A stretch of 64,000 nt of DNA from Terriglobia bacterium (GTDB lineage Bacteria; Acidobacteriota; Terriglobia; JAJPHL01; JAPKYU01), in contig CBDBKE010000002.1 of NCBI GenBank assembly GCA_965206645.1, positions 768,001 through 832,000 on the forward strand, given 5' to 3'. A program made the position numbers and the translations under genes. The notes below the pieces were generated by a model. That model saw only the letters and a list, made by a program, of their open reading frames with translations, was not told the origin of the DNA and searched no databases. Shown one piece after another: positions 49,980 through 61,634 of the stretch. The first letter of the stretch is position 1. Each line of letters opens with the position of its first letter.

Positions 49980-50112
49980 TATGAACGCCGGAGCAATAAT
50001 AGACCAGGGAGCGCCGCGTAAGCGGCGGTTTCTGGCGGTGCAAAATTAGACCAGCGCAGTTCGATTCCATCAAACATTGTGATTCTGATGTGTTTTGTGA
50101 AACACCGGAGGT

Positions 50113-51612
50113 GTGCACACAGTGGAACTCTATGCGCGTGTTCGACGAGCAGTTCAGGCTGAGGGGATCAGTGAACGGGAGGCGGCGCGGCAGTTCGGGC
50201 TAGCCCGCGAGACGGTCCGCAAGATGCTGCGGTACTCGATCCCTCCGGGCTATCGGCGGCAGCAGCCGGCGCGGCGGCCGAAGCTGGATGCCTGGGTGGG
50301 GATCATCGACCAGATCCTGGAGCAAGATAAGGCCCAGAGCAAGAAGCAACGCCACACGGCCAAGCGGGTTTTTGAGCGGCTGCGGGAGGAGCACGGATTC
50401 CCGGGCGGCTACACCATCGTGAAGGACTACGTGCGGCTGCGGAAGCTGAGCCAGCGGGAGATGTTCGTGCCGCTGGAGCATCCACCGGGGGAGGCCCAGG
50501 CCGACTTTGGCGAAGCGCAAGTGGTGATCGGCGGGGTGGAGCGCAAGGCGCACTATTTCGTGATGGAGCTGCCGCAATCGGACGACTGCTTCGTGATGGC
50601 GTTTCCGGCTGAGACGACCGAAGCGTTCTTAGAAGGGCACAACCAGGCGTTCGGCTACTTCGGCGGAGTGCCTCGCACGATCCTGTACGACAACACCAAG
50701 CTGGCGGTGAGGCAGATCCTGGGTGACGGAACACGGAACAAGACGCGGGCGTTCTCCGAACTGCAGAGTCACTACCTGTTTGCGGAGAAGTTCGGACGAC
50801 CGGGCAAGGGCAATGACAAAGGGAAAGTGGAAGGACTAGTGGGTTACGTGCGGCGGAACTTCCTGGTGCCGGTGCCGCGGTGTGCCAGCTGGGAGGAGTT
50901 GCACGCGAAGCTGCGGGAACAGTGCACCCGGCGGCGAGAGCGGCGTCTGCGAGGACATCAAGAGACGATCGGCGAGCGGTTCGCGAAGGATCAACAGAGG
51001 CTGCTGCCCCTGCCGGCGACGCCCTATGAGGCCTGCGACAAACGGACCACACGGGTGACGTCACTGTCGCTGGTGCGGTATCGATCCAACGACTATTCGG
51101 TGCCGGTGGCTTGGGGGCACCGGGAGGTGCTGGTGAAGGGATTCGTCGAGGAAGTGGTGATCTGTGCAGCGAGCGAAGTGATCGCACGCCATGTCCGGAG
51201 CTAGGAACGGGAAGAGATGATCTTCGATCCGTTGCACTATCTGGCGCTGCTGGAGCAGAAGCCGAACGCGTTGAACCAGGCCGCCCCCCTGGCCGGCTGG
51301 GAGTTGCCGGAAGGCTTCGCGCAACTGCGGCGGCTGATGGAGGCGCGGTTAGGCAAGAAGGGCAAGCGGGAGTATGTGCAGGTCCTGCGACGGCTGGAGA
51401 CGTTCCGTTGGACGGAAGTGTCGCTGGCCGTCGAGGACGCCTTGCGGCTGGGGGCGATCTGGTCTGACGCGGTCAAGCATCTGCTGCTGGGCCGGATCGA
51501 GCAGCGGCCGGCGCGGCTGGACCTGGAGCACTATCCGCACCTGCCGGCAACGCAGGTGGCCACCACAGCCGCCGCCGACTATCTGACCCTGCTCCGGGAA
51601 GGAGTCTGCTGA
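50113..51612 (+). pseudogene. istA: IS21 transposase IstA interrupted by in-frame TAG (51202-51204)
   Basis: EAQADFG, LYDNTK, KGKVEGLVGY. ORF 51217-51612 continues the same frame after HVRS*. Confidence 0.88.
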
Positions 51613-52376
51613 TGGACACGCCCCAGGTGTTGCTGGAACACCATCTGAAGGCCCTGCAATTACCCACCTTTTTGCGTGAGTACGACAAGGTGGCGCAGCA
51701 GTGCGCTGCCGAGGGCGTGGACTTCCCGCGCTACCTGCTGCGGTTGACGGAGCTGGAGCTGCTGGACCGGGAACGGCGCGCCACCGAGCGGCGCATTCAC
51801 CAAGCCAGGTTCGACGTGGTGAAGAGCCTCGACAGTTTCGATTTCCTGGCCCTTCCGTCGCTGAATAAGGCCTTGGTGCTCGAGCTGGCCCGAGGCGAGT
51901 TCATCGAACGCAAGGAGAACATCCTGGCTTTAGGGAACTCGGGCACGGGAAAAACCCACATTGCGTTGGCGCTGGGACTGGCCGCCTGTCAGAAAGGGTT
52001 CCGGGTCCGGTTCACTACGGCGGCCTCCCTGGCGCATGAGCTGATCGAGGCCAAGGACGAGCGGCGCCTGATGCGGTTCCAGAAGATGCTCTCCAGTTTC
52101 GAGCTGTTGATCATTGACGAGCTGGGTTTCGTGCCGCTATCCAAGACTGGGGCGGAGTTGCTGTTTGAGGTCTTCAGCCGGCGCTACGAACGCAGCGCCA
52201 CCGTGGTGACCAGCAACCTGCCGTTCAACGAATGGACGGAGGCCTTCGGATCGGAGCGGCTGACCGGAGCCCTGCTGGATCGTCTCACCCACCATGTCCA
52301 CATCCTGGAGATGAACGGGGAAAGTTACCGGCTCAAGGACAGCAAACGAAGGCGTTCCGGAAAGCCTCGCGCCTGA
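51612..52376 (+). CDS. istB: IS21 helper AAA+ ATPase IstB
   Basis: GNSGTGKTH, LLIIDELGF, TSNLPF, LLDRLTHH. Confidence 0.95.
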   Translation: MDTPQVLLEHHLKALQLPTFLREYDKVAQQCAAEGVDFPRYLLRLTELELLDRERRATERRIHQARFDVVKSLDSFDFLALPSLNKALVLELARGEFIERKENILALGNSGTGKTHIALALGLAACQKGFRVRFTTAASLAHELIEAKDERRLMRFQKMLSSFELLIIDELGFVPLSKTGAELLFEVFSRRYERSATVVTSNLPFNEWTEAFGSERLTGALLDRLTHHVHILEMNGESYRLKDSKRRRSGKPRA

Positions 52377-52566
52377 TCTCACCCAATACTGGGCGACGAG
52401 TTGCGAGGGCGGCTTCCACTCCGGCCTAACCGCGCCGCCCTGCGGGCGTCGCAGGCCTCCGCTCCAACCGCCCCCGCAACTCCCTCTCAAATCAAAGCTT
52501 CCACCACCCCTGAACTGGTCTACTTTCTCTCCGCCGGAGTGGTCTAGTTTTACTCCGCCCTTGACA

Positions 52567-53240
52567 CGCAAGGACCGGGTGCAGCGGATTTGGCGGCGGG
52601 AAGGGCTGAAAGTGCCGCAAAAACAAAGGCCGCGAGGACGGCTGTGGCTGAACGACGGTTCCTGTGTACGACTGAGGCCGGAGCGACCGAACCACGTGTG
52701 GAGCTACGACTTCATGAGTGCCAGAACGCACGAGGGGAGAACGCTGCGGCTGCTGACCTTGCTGGATGAGTACACGCGGGAATGCCTGGCGATCCGGGTG
52801 GAGCGGAGGATGGGCAGCCAACAAATCATTGAGGCGTTGTCGGACGTGATGTTGTGGCGAGGGATACCGGAACAGATTCGATCCGACAATGGTCTCGAGT
52901 TCATCGCCAAACAACTGCGCCAGTGGTTGGCAAATCTAGGGACCGGGACACTGTACATCGAGCCGGGCAGTCCCTGGGGGAACGGGTACTGCGAGAGTTT
53001 CAATGGGAAGCTGCGGGACGAATGCCTGAATGGAGAGATCTTCTACTCGTTGAAGGAGGCACAGGTGGTGATTGAACAGTGGAGGGTGCAATACAACACG
53101 GTGCGGCCGCACTCGGCGCTCGGCTATAGGCCCCCGGCGCCGGGGGCCTATAGCCCTCCCCTGCCACTGAAACCAGTTTCACAGCCCCAGGCTGCGATGT
53201 AGACTCTCACTACGGTTGGTACAAAAAATCGGTCTGGTCA
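52567..53240 (+). mobile_element. IS3 family element, 3' part only (OrfB fragment to 53202), truncated at the IS21 end
   Basis: NHVWSYDF, IRSDNG.EF, ESFNGKLRDECLN, YNTVRPHSALGY. Right end ...GTCTGGTCA at 53240. Confidence 0.85.
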
Positions 53241-53360
53241 TCAAGTGCGCTGTGCTGAACCGGATGGCGGAGCTTGGAATGCCACGATCGGAGCGCGTGT
53301 ACTGAGGCGGATGAGCTTCTCGGCCCGGTTCGCCGCGAGCGCGAATTACGCAACAACGCC
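53241..53360 (+). mobile_element. Right-end fragment of the same IS5 element as 46110-47171
   Basis: 120 bp nearly identical to 47052-47171, including the terminal GCAACAACGCC. Confidence 0.92.
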
Positions 53361-53428
53361 TTGCTTCGTCTTGCAAGCAGGCTCGGAGTTATACGAAGCC
53401 ACGTCGGTCGGCATCGTGCGTCCCCGCC

Positions 53429-53902
53429 TCAGATGCCTTCTCTAAACTCCACTATTGCGTTGACAAGGTGCTTATCGTGGTCGTAGCTCGATTGCGTGCT
53501 CACGTGCCTGATGGATAGTCCTCGCTCAGCGTACCTCTTCCCGACGAAAGCTAGCCAGGAGTTCATGAGCATTGGCGAATACACGTCTCCAGGCTTCGGT
53601 GCTTCCTTCAGCAACTCGTCCACAGGCAGGCGCTCGATTCCGGTCACAGAGAACGTTTGCACACGGTACAACGGGCCGAACTCGACTTTGAAGAACTTCC
53701 CTGCTTCAGTACTGACCTTCTCCGCTTTGGCACCCAAATAGCCGAACTGACCCAGAGCATCCTGAATGAGGTAGCATTCCTCTTGTTCTCCGATTCGCTG
53801 GAGCAACTCACGCGGCTGGTCAGGAACGGCCCTTGCCGGGAAGAGCAGCAGCGCTAATCCCATCAACATGATTCCTCGCCACGCTAATCGACAGTTGTTC
53901 AT
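53429..53902 (-). CDS. Secreted hypothetical protein with POTRA-like pattern
   Basis: Signal peptide; GYLGAKA..VEFGPLYRV.TFSVTG..PGDVYS..RYAERG..VEFREG. GGAGG RBS. Confidence 0.55.
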   Translation of the reverse strand: MNNCRLAWRGIMLMGLALLLFPARAVPDQPRELLQRIGEQEECYLIQDALGQFGYLGAKAEKVSTEAGKFFKVEFGPLYRVQTFSVTGIERLPVDELLKEAPKPGDVYSPMLMNSWLAFVGKRYAERGLSIRHVSTQSSYDHDKHLVNAIVEFREGI

Positions 53903-54252
53903 GCCTCCCTCCTAGCAATAAGTGTGAGTACTGACCGGGAATTAGTGTTTTGGCCCTCCGGCACTCGTGAGTATACAACCATTGGCCTTCAACTGAGCCT
54001 TTCCAGCACAGTTCTTCACTCTGGGGGCTCCGAGCGGTCCTCGCCGGGTCCTGAAAGCCCGTCGTCTCGGCTTCCAGAACCAGTTTTTGCAGACACCTCT
54101 CCATTCCGGAGGGGTATCGGAATGGTTTTCCTGGTTGCCACTGCCTGAGCTATCCCGACGTAAGCGGCGGCACTACCACATAGCAGCGCAATATTCGCTA
54201 ATGGACTATAATTCCTTTCCATTTAGAAAGCGACCGCTGGAATAACCGCCCA

Positions 54253-55930
54253 ATGCCGACACTTGATTGGATAGGAAAGAAGGCAGTCCTAAACCACCAT
54301 CGGCAAGTGCCCTACCACCTGCTGCGCTGCGACGCGAGCCTTTCGGTAGGCGACCCCGACAGCGGAAATCTGCTCGTCCAGGGTGACAATCTGGTGGCGC
54401 TCAAGGCCCTGCTGCCTTACTACGCAGGCAAGGTCAAGTGCATCTACATCGACCCGCCGTACAATACTGGAGATGAGAACTGGGCTTATAACGACGCGGT
54501 GAACAGCCCGGAGATTCAGCGCTGGCTGGGCAGGGTTGTTGGAAAAGAAACCGAAGATCTCTCACGACACGACAAGTGGCTGTGCATGATGTATCCGCGA
54601 CTTTCTTTGCTCAGGCAACTCTTGCGTAGAGACGGGGTCATTTTTGTCAGCATTGATGAGAATGAAGGAGGGCATCTACGTCTCCTTATGGATGAGGTGT
54701 TTGGGCCACGAAACGCGCTCGGGACGCTCGTCTGGAAGCGCCGAAGCTCCTCAGCTATGCGAGGCACACCTCTCTCCATTGATCACGAGTATGTGCTGGT
54801 TTACGGATACGACAGCAATTCCTCTACCCTCTATGGCTTGGCAAAGGGCATTGAGGACTACCCTCATGAGGATAACCGCGGCCGTTATGCTAGCACTGAC
54901 TTAACAGTCGGCATGGGTAAAGGCGCCCGCCCCGGCCAGTTCTATCCGATCACCAATCCTCGGACGGGTAAGATTTATCCGCCGAACCCGGAGAGGGTCT
55001 GGAGATTCTGGCCTGAAACCATGGCCAAGATTATTCAAGCAGAGCTAATCATCTGGCCTGATGAAGTAGGCGGACGTATGGAGCGACCTCGTTTCAAAAC
55101 GTACTTTGATCCCCAGACTTTAAAGCCTAGACCCATCTCGAGTTGGATCGAAGCAGCCAACACGAATGATCACGAGATTGAGGAAGACGAAAGCGAGTAC
55201 TATTCGACCATCCTAACGACTGGCATGACGCAGGAGGGTGGGCGACTATTACATCGGATTGCTAGGCAGCAAAGCGTTCCCTTATCCCAAGCCTTTATCG
55301 CTAGTCCGATCACTGATTAGATCGGCCACACGGGGGAACGATTTAGTGCTCGATTCATTCGCTGGGAGCGGAACTACGGAGCACGCAGTCCTAGATCTCA
55401 ACTCTGAGGATCGTAGCCACCGCCGTTTCATTCTAGTGGAATTGGATGCAGACATTTGCTGTCAAATTACGACCGAGCGTTTGCGACGGGCCATTGAAGG
55501 CTACATTGTTGATGTTCCTAAAAAGGGACGGGCTGAAATTGACGGTCTTGGAGGCGCCTTTCGCTATTGCACCCTTGCCGAACCTCTATTCGATGAGGGC
55601 GGAAACATCGGCGGGAGAGTCAGCTTTCCCGATTTGGCCTCGCACGTTTTCTTCACGGAAACCGGCGCTCCAATTCCAAAGCGGGCTAACGGCAGGAATG
55701 CTTTGCTGGGCGTACATTGCGGCAAGGCCGTCTATCTGCTCTTTAACGGTGTTCTCGGTGACAAGCGTCCCAATGGAGGAAATGTTTTGACCCGCGAAGT
55801 GCTTCGGGCGTTGCCCGCACACGAGGGGCCGAGGGTGATCTACGGAGAAGGTTGTCGGATGGGATCGACACGATTGAAACGTGAAGGAATCGTGTTCAAG
55901 CAGATTCCCTATGGGATCAAGGTGAGCTAG
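54253..55930 (+). pseudogene. mod: Type III R-M methyltransferase (Mod), +1 frameshift near 55255-55262
   Basis: MPTLDWIGK, IYIDPPYNTG and HDKWLCMMYPRL in frame 1. FPYPKP and VLDSFAGSGTT in frame 2. Confidence 0.88.
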
Positions 55931-55932
55931 AG

Positions 55933-58587
55933 ATGCTTCAACTCCGACAGTATCAGGAGCGCAGCCTAGACGCCCTGGAGGGATTTTTCAGACTAGCCAC
56001 GCAGCATGGCGCGCAGAAGTCGTTTATTCTGCAAACGGATCGCCCCCATCTTGCGGTGAAGCAACTTCCAGGGCTGCCCTACGTCTGTCTGCGTATTCCA
56101 ACGGGCGGCGGCAAAACACTCATGGCCTGCCACGCGGTGGGAATTGCAGCGAAAACGTTTCTACAAATTGATCGGGCAGTGTGCCTTTGGTTAGTGCCCT
56201 CAAACACGATCCGGGAGCAGACCCTTGCAGCTTTGCGGGACCGGGAACACCCGTACCGGCAAGCGCTCGATTCCCGATTTGCGGGGCAAGTCCAGGCCAT
56301 GGATTTGATGGAAGCCCTTTATGTCCAGCGCAGCACGCTGGAGGGGGAAACCGTCGTCATCGTCTCGACTCTCGCTGCGTTGAGAGTTGAGGATACGGAC
56401 GGACGCAAGGTGTATGAATCATGCGGGGCGCTGAACCATCATTTTCTCGGCCTCGACGCCAGCCTGGAAGCCATGCTGGAGCGGCGGGAGGATGGAATAA
56501 TTCCACACTCCCTCGCAAATGTTCTGCGGCTCTGGCGGCCCCTGGTCATCATGGACGAAGCACACAACGCTCGCACGCCCCTGTCGTTCGATACCCTGGC
56601 ACGCTTCAGGCCGTCGTGCATTATTGAATTCACGGCAACCCCGGAAACCATCCACAATCCCGACCGGGAATCATTTGCCAGCAACGTTTTGCATCACGTC
56701 TCTGCGGCAGAGCTCAAAGCCGAGGATATGGTGAAACTTCCCATCAAGCTGCGAACCTGTGGTGACTGGAAAGAGGTGGTGGCCGAGGCAGTGGAAATGC
56801 AGCGCGCGCTGGAGCGCTGTGCCAATGAGGAAGAAAAGCAGACCGGAGAATATCTCCGCCCGATCGTGCTTCTGCAAGCACAGCCCAAGAGTCAAGAGCG
56901 ACTGACCCTTAACGTGGAAGTGGTCAAAAAAACGCTGATCGAAGATTTCAAGATACCGGAAGAGCAAGTTGCAGTGGCTACTGGTCAGACCCGGGGGATT
57001 GCCGACGTGAATCTGTTGCAGCGATCCTGCCCCTTGCGCTTCATCATCACCGTGCAGGCTCTCAAGGAAGGGTGGGATTGCCCGTTTGCTTACGTTCTGT
57101 GTTCGGTAGCTGAGATCAGCTCCTCGCGGGCTGTCGAGCAGATTCTGGGACGGGTGTTGCGCCTTCCCCAGGCCCGGCGAAAACAGAAGTCCGAGTTGAA
57201 TTGTGCTTACGCCTTTGCAGCGTCGCCAAGATTCTTTGACGCTGCTACCGCTCTCAAGGATGCGCTTGTCGGAAACGGCTTCCAACGGCTTGAAGCCAAT
57301 CAGTTGATCACCGCGCAGGAACAGGCCCATTTGTTCGACGAATCGGCGCTCTTTGCCCATGCTTCGGAACCCGTTTCGCAGAGACCAGACCTGACTACCT
57401 TAGACGAAGCAATCCGGCAGCGGGTCACTTATGAAGACGGCACCCGTGAATTGACAGTCACAGGAGTGTTGTCTCACGGGGGAATGGAAACCCTCAAAGA
57501 GTGTTTCATCGCTCCAGAAGACAGAGCAGCGGTTGAGAGAATTTATCACGTGCTTCAGGGACACGCTGTTGGCTCAGCGCCTTCAGGGGAAAAGCGGCCG
57601 CCTTTTCGAGTGCCGCAGCTGGGCATCCGTGTCGATGGCCACCTCGAACTCTTTGAGGAGAGTTGCTTCAAAGACATCGAGTGGCGACTGGCAGATTGCG
57701 ACGCTGCGTTACCTGATGTCGAGTTTCCCACCCAAGAGGCTGCCGGCGAGGCTGGCGAGGTTGATGTGAGCGAAGCCGGACGGGTAGAGATTCGCTTCAT
57801 CGATCAGTTGCACGAGCAATTGACCCTACTGAATGCCGAGCCGGGTTGGGACGTCGCCTCCCTGGTGAACTGGCGCGATCGCGCGATTCCGCATCCGGAT
57901 ATCACGCAGGCGCAGGCGGCGGTGTTTATCCATAACTTGGTGATGGGCTTGATGGTGGGCCGTGGATTGACCGTTGAGCAGCTTGCCCGGCAGAAATTTC
58001 GGCTCCGCGATGCTATTGAGGCGACAATCGCCAAGCACCGGGACGTACAGGCGAAGAGCGTTTACAACGGTTTCCTGTTTGGGGCTGGCAAAGACAGCAT
58101 CGAGGTGACACCCGATCTGTGTTTCGAGTTCGAGGAGGGCCGGTATTCACCGAACTGGTATTACTAGGGTAATTTTAACTTCCGCCGCCATTACTTTCGC
58201 AACATTGGCGAGTTGAAGGCTGAAGGCGAGGAGTTCGAGTGCGCGGTGTTCATCGACCAATTGCCGCAGATTGCATACTGGATACGCAATTTAGATCGGC
58301 GGCACGAATCTTCGTTCTGGCTACAGACATCGACCGACCGATTTTATCCCGACTTTGTAGCGTTGCTGAATGATGGGAGAATCCTGGTTGTGGAGTATAA
58401 AGGCGCCGACCGCTGGAGCAATGATGATTCCAAGGAAAAGCGGGCGCTCGGCGAATTGTGGATGTCGCGCAGTGAAGATCGCTGTGTATTCGTGATGCCA
58501 AAAGGACCGACCTGGGAAGATATCAGAGCAGCGATTGAACGTCCATCGAATTGGGCGCTGGCGGCTGACGACAGCTTGTTTCACTAA
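55933..58587 (+). pseudogene. res: Type III R-M restriction helicase/endonuclease (Res), in-frame TAG at 58165-58167
   Basis: PTGGGKT, DEAH, EGWDCPF, EQILGRVLR. The same frame continues after the stop to the nuclease motif FYPDF...VEYKG. Confidence 0.88.
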
Positions 58588-58629
58588 GACAGCCGTAAGG
58601 TGTTACTCGCTCTGATCCCCGTAGGGCCG

Positions 58630-59044
58630 CCTGGAAGACGGCTCGAAGGGTGGTGGCGAAAGTAGAGCATCATTCCGGGGAGTTGTTCCCGCGAGTGGGG
58701 TTCATTGTAACGAATCTGACGCTGCCGAATCGGGCGGTGGTGCGGTTCTATAACAAGCGCGGCACCGCAGAACAGTGGATCAAGGAAGGCAAGCAGGCGG
58801 TGAAGATGACGCGGCTCAGTTGCCACAAGTTCCGATCTAACGAGGTACGGCTTTGGCTGACGATCATCGCCTACAACCTGGGCAACCTATGGCGACGGCT
58901 AGTGCTGCCACAGAGAATCGAGAAGTGGTCCTTGACGAGCCTCCAGCAGCGGCTGGTGAAAACCGGAGGACGGCTCATAAAACACGCACGGTACTACTGG
59001 CTCCTGCTGGCCGAGGGCCATTTGACCCGACGGCTGTTTGCCAG
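58630..59044 (+). pseudogene. IS1380 family transposase C-terminal fragment, cut by IS3
   Basis: RVVAKVEHHSGELFPRVGFIVTN...FYNKRGTAEQWIKEGK, a close relative of the transposase at 61741-63069. Confidence 0.85.
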
Positions 59045-60306
59045 TGACCTGCCCCCGGTTATTGGTCCACCTTCCATGGTAGTCCATACGCCGTTGCAGC
59101 CGGGTGGAGCGGAGCGGAACCCGGCGGTAACGGCAGGATCACTTCCGGGGCTGGCGGCCGGTAGCCCAACGCGCTGTGCGGGCGAACTCTGTTATACTCC
59201 CGCCGCCATCCCTCAATCAACACCTTCGCTTCCCGCAAGGTGTAAAAGATCTCTCCATTCAGAAGCTCGTCTCGAAACTTCCCGTTAAACGATTCCACAT
59301 ACCCGTTTTCCCAGGGGCTCGCAGGCTCGATGAACAGGGTTTTCACCCCGACCCGTTCCAGCCAGTCCCGTACCAACCGAGCGGTGAACTCGGACCCATT
59401 ATCCGAGCGAAGGTAATCGGGAACTCCCCGCTCCACAAACAAGGCTGCTAGCCGTTCCAAAACACTCATCGAATCGGCTCGCCGTTCTACGTCGATCGCC
59501 AAACACTCTCGCGTGTATTCATCCACCACCGTCAAGATCTTCAGTGGACGACCATCGTGGGTTCGATCTGCCACAAAATCGTACGCCCAGACATGATCCT
59601 GCCAGCACGGTCTTAACCGAAGGCACGACCCATCGTTCAACCACAGCCGGCCTCTGCGGGGCTGTTTCTTCGGCACTTTCAGTCCCTCCTGCCGCCAGAT
59701 TCTCTCTACCCGCTTGTGGTTCACCCGCCACCCCTCCCGGCGCAACAGCGCCGTGATCCGCCGATAGCCATAACGGCCGTACTCGCCGGCTAACTGCAGC
59801 GTCCGAGTTGCCAGGCTCGGTTCATCCTGTGGCGCCAAGGTTCGATGCCGTTGCGTGGATCGATTCTGTCCTACCACCCGACACGCCCGCCGCTCCGACA
59901 CCCCCATGGCTTGGCAGACATGCTTCACTGCCTGCCGCCGTCGGGGCGGGCTCAGAAGTTTCCCGAGGATGTCTCCTTCAGAATCGCAAGGTCCAACGCC
60001 TGATCTGCTACCAACTTCTTCAGTCGGCCATTCTCCCCTTCCAGTTCCTTCAGACGCCTCACCTGATCCACTCGTAAGCTCCCGTACTCCTTCCGCCATC
60101 GGTAATAGGTCTGCTCCGTAATTCCCAACTTCCGACAGACCCCTCCCGTTGTCTGGCCCTTGGCCAGCTCCACTTCCGCCTCTCGTAGATGTCGGATGAT
60201 CTGTTCGGCTGGATATCGCTTCTTCGGCATTCCTTCCCCCTTCCATGTCCAGTCCGTACCCTAACCTCTAACTTATCAACTGGACCGATTGAAGGGGGGC
60301 AGGTCA
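59045..60306 (-). mobile_element. IS3 family insertion sequence, apparently complete
   Basis: Inverted repeats TGACCTGCCCCC (59045) and GGGGGCAGGTCA (ends 60306); orfA and orfB. Confidence 0.92.
59059..60230 (-). CDS. IS3 OrfA (60230-59952) and OrfB (to 59059), fused by -1 frameshift
   Basis: HTH LGITEQTYYRWRKEY; GGGAAAC slippery site near 59960 followed by a GC-rich stem; DDE motifs WAYDF, RSDNGSEF, ESFNGKFRDE. Confidence 0.88.
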
Positions 60307-60585
60307 ACGGTGATTGCTCCTTTGTCTGGGCCGCCGACAAACCGGAAACCATCGGGGCCCTGGGGGGAATTGCCACGCCGAGGGCTTCCCCATCATTGCT
60401 CTTCGTGACTTCGTGGCCCACTTCCGCCTCACAGATACGGGCGAACCTGAGTTTGAAGGTTTTGGAGAGAAAACGGGCAGTGCAAGAACAAGGCGGTATC
60501 TCGGCGACAGCCAAGGAGCGGAGAACGGCGCGGGCCCCCTTGACTCGTGAAGTGGGCAGGAGGATGAAAATCGGCGCCCTGGCCA

Positions 60586-60687
60586 GTGCACGAGCTGGTG
60601 AGGCACAAGGACGTTGAGACCACGAGGGACTACACGCATGTGTTGAACCGTGGCAGGCGAGGGCTTCACAGCCCTCTGGACCAAATC
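60586..60687 (+). pseudogene. intI: Integron integrase (IntI-like tyrosine recombinase) C-terminal remnant
   Basis: [32 protein letters not shown] versus the IntI tail [32 protein letters not shown]. Confidence 0.75.
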
Positions 60688-60842
60688 GGGCAGGCTCCTT
60701 CAATGGAGAGCCAGGGGAGAGCCGGTGAATTATGCGGACCAGCCGGTCCGCACAAGATTCCGGACGCATGTCGCCGAATGGAACTGAAGTCTCTGAATTT
60801 TGTAGGCAGTTGCAGCCGTATGCACGGAAGGAACCGAACAAC

Positions 60843-61561
60843 ATGAATCAGCACAAGAGCATCGCCCGATACTACGATCTGTTGATGGATGCCGGCTACT
60901 ACGATCACGAATCGTTGGCCAGAGTCGTTCAAGCCACGATCGGCGAACGTAGAAGGGTGCTTGAACTTGGCGTGGGGACGGGGCTGTTGGCACGAGAGCT
61001 ACTTCAACTCGATTCGTCCTACTATTTTACCGGCGTAGATTTCAGCCCCTCGATGCTGGAGATTGCTAAGGAGCGTCTACCGAGTGAGTTTCGCTCATAG
61101 AATGCGATGTTGCCGAAATGACCCTTGACCGCACATTTGATGTTGCCTTATCGAGCGGCAGTACGTGGGTCATAATCCGGTCGGACAAAGAGTTGCTGCT
61201 GGGAACACATCTGCTCAACCGCGAAAAGGACTTCAAAGGATTGCGAAACGTCGCTGACCATCTTGATGCCGGTGGGCTCTTGTTGTTAAGCGTCCAGAAG
61301 CCCCATGAAGACCGTGACATCGACTTGGTCGATGGGATTGTCTATTCCCAAAAAGTTGAGGGTCGCAACGGCACCTCCGACCACTATTTCATCGAGAAGG
61401 ACTATTCCTTCAAGAGGAACGGGAAACTCCTTGCAGAAGACAAGTTGACCTTGGGATTCTACAAACACACAGTGTTTCCGGAAATGCTTGCTAATGCTGG
61501 TTTCTCACCTTTGAGAATGACTGATACCGAAAAGTTCTTCGTGTGGCAAAAGGTGAAGTAG
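60843..61561 (+). pseudogene. Class I SAM-dependent methyltransferase, frameshift near 61087
   Basis: IARYYD, VLELGVGTG, GVDFSPSML in one frame. VSLIECDVAEMTLDRTFD...HLDAGGLLL in the next. Confidence 0.8.
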
Positions 61562-61568
61562 CCCCAGT

Positions 61569-61634
61569 GCATAACAAGGCGATGCGCCTCTACACCGGCG
61601 CTGATCATCGAAGGTCCTAATGAGATCATGTTAA
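61569..61634 (+). other. Possible truncated attC site
   Basis: GCATAACAAGGCGATGC just after the stop codon resembles an attC R''/L'' arm. GTTAA abuts the IS1380 end. Confidence 0.35.

Larger units (their letters stand above)
49980..52566 (+). mobile_element. IS21 family insertion sequence
   Basis: Left end TATGAACGCCGGAGCAATAATAGACCA versus right end reverse complement TGTCAAGGGCGGAGTAAAACTAGACCA. Subterminal TAGACCA repeats; istA-istB inside. Confidence 0.88.

Noticed and set aside
55240-55270. Phase-variable mod gene
   Set aside because: No homopolymer or short tandem repeat tract at the frameshift or at the gene start.
51202-58167. In-frame TAG in both istA and res suggesting amber recoding (pyrrolysine or alternative code)
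   Set aside because: TAG ends normal genes in this window (e.g. 10348-10350, 14526-14528). Both cases lie in a region full of other lesions, and no pyl genes are seen.
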